A stretch of DNA of 64,000 nt from NCBI GenBank assembly GCA_049968255.1, contig JBMFRB010000002.1, forward strand, positions 320,001-384,000, given 5' to 3'. The notes beneath the pieces were generated by a model. It had not been told where the DNA came from. It saw only the letters and a program-made list of their open reading frames with translations, and did not search any database. This document shows, one piece after another, positions 59,273 through 64,000 of this stretch. Position numbers and translations under genes: made by a program. The number at the start of each line of letters is the position of its first letter. The first letter of the stretch is position 1. The stretch comes from Candidatus Sumerlaeaceae bacterium (GTDB lineage Bacteria > Sumerlaeota > Sumerlaeia > Sumerlaeales > Sumerlaeaceae).

Positions 59273-60241
59273 ATGACTGCAAGCATGCTCGCCGAAAATC
59301 CGGCTAAATTTGGCCACAAACACCTACTTGGATTGGAGCACCTTACAGCTTCGGAGATTGAACTGATTCTCAACAACGCAGTGGCAATGAAGGAAATTTT
59401 CACCCGGACGGTGAAAAAAGTGCCGACACTGCGCGGCAAAACGGTTTGCAATTTGTTTTTCGAAAACTCGACACGCACACGAACGAGTTTTGAAATTGCG
59501 GCAAAACGTTTATCCGCAGACGTCGTGAATTTCAACGTGGCAACGAGCAGCGTCGTCAAAGGGGAATCGCTCTTGGACACAGCGCGGACAATCCAGGCTA
59601 TGGGAGTGGACTTTGTTGTCATGCGTCACTCTTGTCCCGGAACGCCCTACTTGCTTTCGCAGAGATTGAACATGAGTGTGATCAATGCTGGCGACGGCGC
59701 GCATGAGCACCCGACACAAGGCTTACTCGATGTTTTTACGATGCGGGAGAAAAAGGGGTGTATTGCGGGATTGAAAGTGGCCATCGTTGGTGATATTGCA
59801 CATTCACGAGTGGCGCGCTCGAATATTTGGGCGTTGACAAAACTTGGGGCTCGGGTGGCGCTCGTTGGCCCGGCGACTCTTGTTCCCCCGGAATTCGAAA
59901 AGCTCGGATGCGAAATTCATCACGATCTGCACAAAGGCCTCGAAGGCGCCGACGTCATAAATCTTTTGCGAATTCAACTCGAGCGCCAGCGCAAAAATCT
60001 GTTTCCTTCGATCCGCGAATACAGGCTCCTGTACGGCCTGACGCGAGAGCGCTTGGCGTGGGCTAAGCCTGACGTGCTCGTCATGCATCCAGGCCCCGTG
60101 AACCGTGGCGTGGAAATCTCTCAGGATGTGGCTGATGGCGAGCATTCCGTCATCACGGAGCAAGTGACAAATGGCATCGCTGTGCGAATGGCGGTGCTTT
60201 ATCTTTTGAGTGGCGAGGCCGCTTCGGAGGTGGGCGCATGA
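59273..60241 (+). CDS. pyrB: Aspartate carbamoyltransferase catalytic subunit
   Basis: [47 protein letters not shown] and MHPGP.NRG. Confidence 0.97.
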   Translation: MTASMLAENPAKFGHKHLLGLEHLTASEIELILNNAVAMKEIFTRTVKKVPTLRGKTVCNLFFENSTRTRTSFEIAAKRLSADVVNFNVATSSVVKGESLLDTARTIQAMGVDFVVMRHSCPGTPYLLSQRLNMSVINAGDGAHEHPTQGLLDVFTMREKKGCIAGLKVAIVGDIAHSRVARSNIWALTKLGARVALVGPATLVPPEFEKLGCEIHHDLHKGLEGADVINLLRIQLERQRKNLFPSIREYRLLYGLTRERLAWAKPDVLVMHPGPVNRGVEISQDVADGEHSVITEQVTNGIAVRMAVLYLLSGEAASEVGA

Positions 60242-60272
60242 ACAGCCCTCCAGCTTGCGCGGGAAACTTTGT

Positions 60273-60764
60273 TCACAACAGTTGTTCAAAGTTTTTCGCC
60301 ATGACAAGAGCAGCAACAGCAGCTTCATAGCCTTTGTTCTTCGTTGACTCTTCAGACCGAGCAAGAGCTTGTGCAACGGTGCCCACGGTGAGAATCGCAT
60401 TGCCAACAGCGACATTGGCTTCATAAGCCAGTTGGCTTACGCCGTGCATGGCCTCGGCGGCAACAAAGTGATAGTGATCTGTCTCACCACGCACCACGGC
60501 ACCGCAGCAAACAATCCCGTGGTACTTGGGAGCGCCGTTCACCACCTGCCTTGCCACACGATGGGCCAGTGCGGGTATTTCTAGCGCTCCCGGGCACCAA
60601 AAGATATCGACGTCACTCGAAGAAACTCCGAAGTCGCGGAAAGCCCGCTTGGCTCCTGCTACAAGCCGTTCCACAATCTCGGCATTGAAGCGACTTGCGA
60701 CGATGGCAAACCGTTTTGCCTTGCCACTGAGTCCTGGCCACTCACTCTCTGCTTTCCCTACCAT
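60273..60764 (-). CDS. ribH: 6,7-dimethyl-8-ribityllumazine synthase
   Basis: SRFN..IV..L..GA, PGA.EIP, G.VVRGET.H and NKG.EAA. Confidence 0.94.
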   Translation of the reverse strand: MVGKAESEWPGLSGKAKRFAIVASRFNAEIVERLVAGAKRAFRDFGVSSSDVDIFWCPGALEIPALAHRVARQVVNGAPKYHGIVCCGAVVRGETDHYHFVAAEAMHGVSQLAYEANVAVGNAILTVGTVAQALARSEESTKNKGYEAAVAALVMAKNFEQLL

Positions 60765-60871
60765 TGTCTTGGACTCCTGTGAATTCTACCTCGTCGGTGA
60801 CTGTTTAGCTACAGCATAGATAGGTCCGAAGAAGCGGCAAGCGTTCAAGGGAATTACAAGAGTCTCGACCG

Positions 60872-61534
60872 GTGAGAACCGTTGGTGTAAAAATCTGTGG
60901 GTTGACGCGCGAAGAAGATGTGCGTGCTGCTTGTGAGGCTGGAGCAGATTTCCTTGGGTTCGTTTTTTATCCTAAGAGTAAGCGCTACGTGGAGCCGCAA
61001 GTTGTTTGCAAGTTCATCGAATTGGTTCGCGAATTCACCCATGCTCCTATCCCAGTGGCGGTGACGGTGGATGTCGCATTTGAACAGTTGATTATGCTTC
61101 ATAAACAGACAGGCATTGACTGGTTTCAACTGCACGGCAAAGAACCGCCAGAGTTAGTCGAGCGGCTGAAGCAAGCTGGTTTGCGCACAATTAAGGCGGT
61201 CTTCATTGGGCACACTCAGGTTCTTCCTCCCTGGCAGCCGTACAATTCAGATTTTTTCCTTTGTGACACATTAGATGCTCGGCAACCGGGCGGTACCGGC
61301 CGCTCGTGGGAAATCGATTGGTTACCACAGGATTTTCCCCTGCACAGGACTTTTCTCGCTGGTGGCCTAAATTGCGATAATGTTGCTGCACGCCTGGCCA
61401 AGGCACATCCCTTTGCCGTGGACATTTCCTCAGGCGTGGAAATCGCGCCAGGCATCAAGGATGTTGAGAAGATTAGACGTTTTGTCGAAATCGTACGGAC
61501 CGCCTCAGTGAGGCTAGAAAGGCAAACGCAATGA
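60872..61534 (+). CDS. trpF: Phosphoribosylanthranilate isomerase
   Basis: [11 protein letters not shown]...SKR, QLHG.E, GGTG, LAGGL..NV and VD.SSGVE..PG.KD. Confidence 0.94.
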   Translation: MRTVGVKICGLTREEDVRAACEAGADFLGFVFYPKSKRYVEPQVVCKFIELVREFTHAPIPVAVTVDVAFEQLIMLHKQTGIDWFQLHGKEPPELVERLKQAGLRTIKAVFIGHTQVLPPWQPYNSDFFLCDTLDARQPGGTGRSWEIDWLPQDFPLHRTFLAGGLNCDNVAARLAKAHPFAVDISSGVEIAPGIKDVEKIRRFVEIVRTASVRLERQTQ

Positions 61535-62757
61535 GCACCAATCAAAATGCAGTGTTTGCGATTGGCCCGGACAACAGAGGGTATTTTGGCGAATTTGGAG
61601 GGCGTTTCGTCCCGGAAACGCTCATGCCGGCATTGATCGAGCTCGAAAAGCAATATCACCAAGTCAAAAACGATCCAGCGTTTCAGGAGGAGCTCGACTA
61701 TCTGTTGCGCGAGTACGTTGGGCGACCGACGCCGCTGTATTTTGCCGCAAATCTCTCTGCACACTTGGGCAAGAACATGCGCGTTTACTTGAAGCGCGAG
61801 GACCTTTGTCACACTGGTGCGCACAAGATCAATAACACCCTGGGGCAAGCCTTGCTGGCAAAGCGGCTGGGAAAGCGGCGAATCATCGCCGAGACGGGCG
61901 CCGGGCAGCACGGTGTGGCTACCGCAACGGCATGCGCTCTCTTGGGATTGGAATGCTGCGTTTATATGGGAAGCGAGGACGTTGTGCGCCAGCGGCTTAA
62001 TGTTTTTCGAATGGAACTGTTGGGGGCTAAAGTGATCGAAGTAACAGCCGGAACGCGCACACTGAAAGACGCAACAAGTGAGGCGCTACGCGATTGGATG
62101 GCCAATTGCGATCATACTCACTACATCATCGGCAGTGTTGTGGGACCGCATCCCTTCCCCATGATGGTGCGCGATTTCCAGAGTATTATTGGACGCGAAA
62201 CACGCGACCAAATTTTGCACCAAGAAGGAAGATTGCCTGACGCGATCGTGGCATGCGTGGGGGGAGGCTCGAATGCGATGGGGATTTTTTTTCCGTTCCT
62301 GAACGAGAAAGAAGTTCGTCTCTACGGAGTCGAAGCCGCGGGGTGTGGCCTCGAGACTGGAAAACACGCGGCGAGCATCACTGCCGGCGAGATCGGTGTT
62401 TTCCATGGTGCGAAAAGTTATGTCTTACAAACACTGGATGGGCAAATCACCCCCGCCCATTCGATTTCAGCTGGTTTGGACTACCCTGGCACTGGACCCG
62501 AGCACAGCTATTTGGCTGCAACGGGGCGTGCACAATATGATGCCATAACAGATAAAGAGGCGCTGGAAGCTGTTGAGCTTCTCTGCAAGACGGAGGGCAT
62601 TATTCCCGCATTGGAAAGCGCGCACGCCATTGCGTATCTTCCCAAGCTTCAGCACAATCTCCCAGAGGGCAGCGTTGTTGTCGTAAACCTTTCCGGGCGC
62701 GGCGACAAGGATGTGTATTCAATAGCTAAAGCAATGGGGAAATCTTTGCAGCCTTAG
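61531..62757 (+). CDS. trpB: Tryptophan synthase beta chain (TrpB1 type)
   Basis: [54 protein letters not shown] and NLSGRGDKD. Confidence 0.98.
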   Translation: MSTNQNAVFAIGPDNRGYFGEFGGRFVPETLMPALIELEKQYHQVKNDPAFQEELDYLLREYVGRPTPLYFAANLSAHLGKNMRVYLKREDLCHTGAHKINNTLGQALLAKRLGKRRIIAETGAGQHGVATATACALLGLECCVYMGSEDVVRQRLNVFRMELLGAKVIEVTAGTRTLKDATSEALRDWMANCDHTHYIIGSVVGPHPFPMMVRDFQSIIGRETRDQILHQEGRLPDAIVACVGGGSNAMGIFFPFLNEKEVRLYGVEAAGCGLETGKHAASITAGEIGVFHGAKSYVLQTLDGQITPAHSISAGLDYPGTGPEHSYLAATGRAQYDAITDKEALEAVELLCKTEGIIPALESAHAIAYLPKLQHNLPEGSVVVVNLSGRGDKDVYSIAKAMGKSLQP

Positions 62758-62853
62758 CGGGCCTGTTTGACAGCAAAAATCTTGCGTCAGCTGGCATTGC
62801 CTGGTAGTAAGGGATTAGTGTTCTCATCTCCCGCTCAGTCTGTCGAGAGGGAG

Positions 62854-63603
62854 CTATTTCTCCCTGACACCGTAGGCGGCCTTGATTCGCTTGCGGACTT
62901 CTGCTTCAATATGTCCGCTCAGCACGTACGGAGTAAAGTATTTCCCAGGACACGCGGTTTGTGCATATTCGCGGTGACATGCTATGGTGGCTGGGTCGAT
63001 GTTGTAGTGATCACACAGCCAGGCAAGGAAATCGCACAGAGACTCCAGTTGTTTAGGTGTCGGCGTCTGAAGCTCGTAGTTGCCCATCAAGGTTACCAGC
63101 ACGTGGCCAGTCGGGTCATACTGGGTATTCGTATCGCCGACCGCCCAAAGATTGCGCGCTTCATAAATGTTTCCGTTGAGGTCAATCAGGAAATGATAGG
63201 GGATGTCCGGCCAGCCTTTCACCCGAAAACCCCAATTCTGCAAGTTGCGCAAAAGGCGCTTTGGATCGTCCGATGTCGTGAGAGGTTTGGCCGAACCTTC
63301 ATGGTGCAGCGTGATCCTTACGGGGCGATGGAGCTTAAGGGCACCACTCGATTCTTGTCCGCCCCATACGGTTTTCGGAATTGTTGGCGGTTTCTTCACA
63401 CGCGCAACCGGATTCGTTGTGCCCGCCAGCTCAGCGAGAAATTCGCGTCCTAACGGCCCCAGCCGCGAAACCATGGGACGACACGCTGTGGATATATCTT
63501 TTTTCTCTGGAGTGTCGGCTGCTGTGCACGGCGTGAGGACTGCGCCTAAACAAACCAATGCACAAACCGCACGGACATCGATATTTGACCAGATTCTTCG
63601 CAT
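62854..63603 (-). CDS. Secreted PGRP-like N-acetylmuramoyl-L-alanine amidase (Amidase_2)
   Basis: Signal peptide, then ITLHH, W.DIPYHFLID..G.IYE.R and H.....T.CPG (His/His/Cys Zn ligands). Start 63603 or 63618. Confidence 0.85.
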   Translation of the reverse strand: MRRIWSNIDVRAVCALVCLGAVLTPCTAADTPEKKDISTACRPMVSRLGPLGREFLAELAGTTNPVARVKKPPTIPKTVWGGQESSGALKLHRPVRITLHHEGSAKPLTTSDDPKRLLRNLQNWGFRVKGWPDIPYHFLIDLNGNIYEARNLWAVGDTNTQYDPTGHVLVTLMGNYELQTPTPKQLESLCDFLAWLCDHYNIDPATIACHREYAQTACPGKYFTPYVLSGHIEAEVRKRIKAAYGVREK

Positions 63604-63632
63604 AGTAGTTCTTCCCACAATGTTTTGCTCGT

Positions 63633-63830
63633 CTAGCGCATCTTGCGCACGGGTAAAGCGGTGGCTGGTGGAAGAGGCGTGCCCGATTTCTCAGCCACTC
63701 CCACTTCATTCATCACATCACTCCCCCCGCGAGTCGAGAGACTTTTCGCCTTCTGTGCAAGGCCGCCACACCCACTCAGCCCAAGGGCGACTACGACTGT
63801 GAGCAGCGCTAACGTTATTCTCTTGTTCAT
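63633..63830 (-). CDS. Small lipoprotein (65 aa)
   Basis: MNKRITLALLTVVVALGLSG-C is a canonical lipobox. RBS GGAG. Lies directly upstream of the amidase. Confidence 0.72.
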   Translation of the reverse strand: MNKRITLALLTVVVALGLSGCGGLAQKAKSLSTRGGSDVMNEVGVAEKSGTPLPPATALPVRKMR

Positions 63831-63945
63831 CTGTATTCTCCGCGGCAATGTTTTGCTCGTGAACTCCTTGATCTGACATAAACATCCTAGTATACTAGGG
63901 TAAAGTTTGTTTACCTATCAACACGATCCTTTAGATCAGTGAGAG

Positions 63946-64000
63946 ATGCTCCAGCAAGAACGCATTCGGATTCTCAACAATGAGCCGGTTCGGCCTGGAC
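63946..64000 (+). CDS. Start of a CDS truncated by the window edge (possibly class II photolyase-like)
   Basis: ATG after GAGAG, open to the edge: MLQQERIRILNNEPVRPG. Only 18 codons are visible. Confidence 0.3.
   Translation, partial: MLQQERIRILNNEPVRPG

Overview
This window is gene-dense core chromosome from a diderm bacterium (LptF/G, TatAC and lipoproteins are present). I saw no CRISPR array, IS/transposase, integrase, prophage or rRNA. It holds about 58 CDSs and one tRNA-Thr(GGT). Most genes are housekeeping: miaA-hfq, panC, mnmG, fabI, murA, ald, argS, purL/purCSQ, mtnA, efp, tatAC, moaC, gap-tpiA plus two phosphofructokinases, nuoABC, pyrB, ribH and trpFB. Many sit in fragmented or unusual operons, interleaved with envelope and secreted proteins of unknown function. 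Seven items stand out. (1) An orphan PilB/GspE-type ATPase is fused behind a signal peptide, TPR ectodomain, transmembrane segment and Zn ribbon (8337-10871). (2) A 51-aa Cys-rich lipoprotein absent from the ORF track has its own RBS and terminator and an upstream palindrome (58866-59021). (3) A B12-radical SAM enzyme ends in a coiled coil and an amphipathic tail. (4) A large lipoprotein has a PHP-like domain that appears to lack its metal ligands. (5) P-II is translationally coupled to purL. (6) An attenuator-like leader precedes purC. (7) EF-P has Asn at the loop tip. Product calls come from motif recognition only, with no database search. Several start codons were moved from the ORF track using RBS and overlap evidence.
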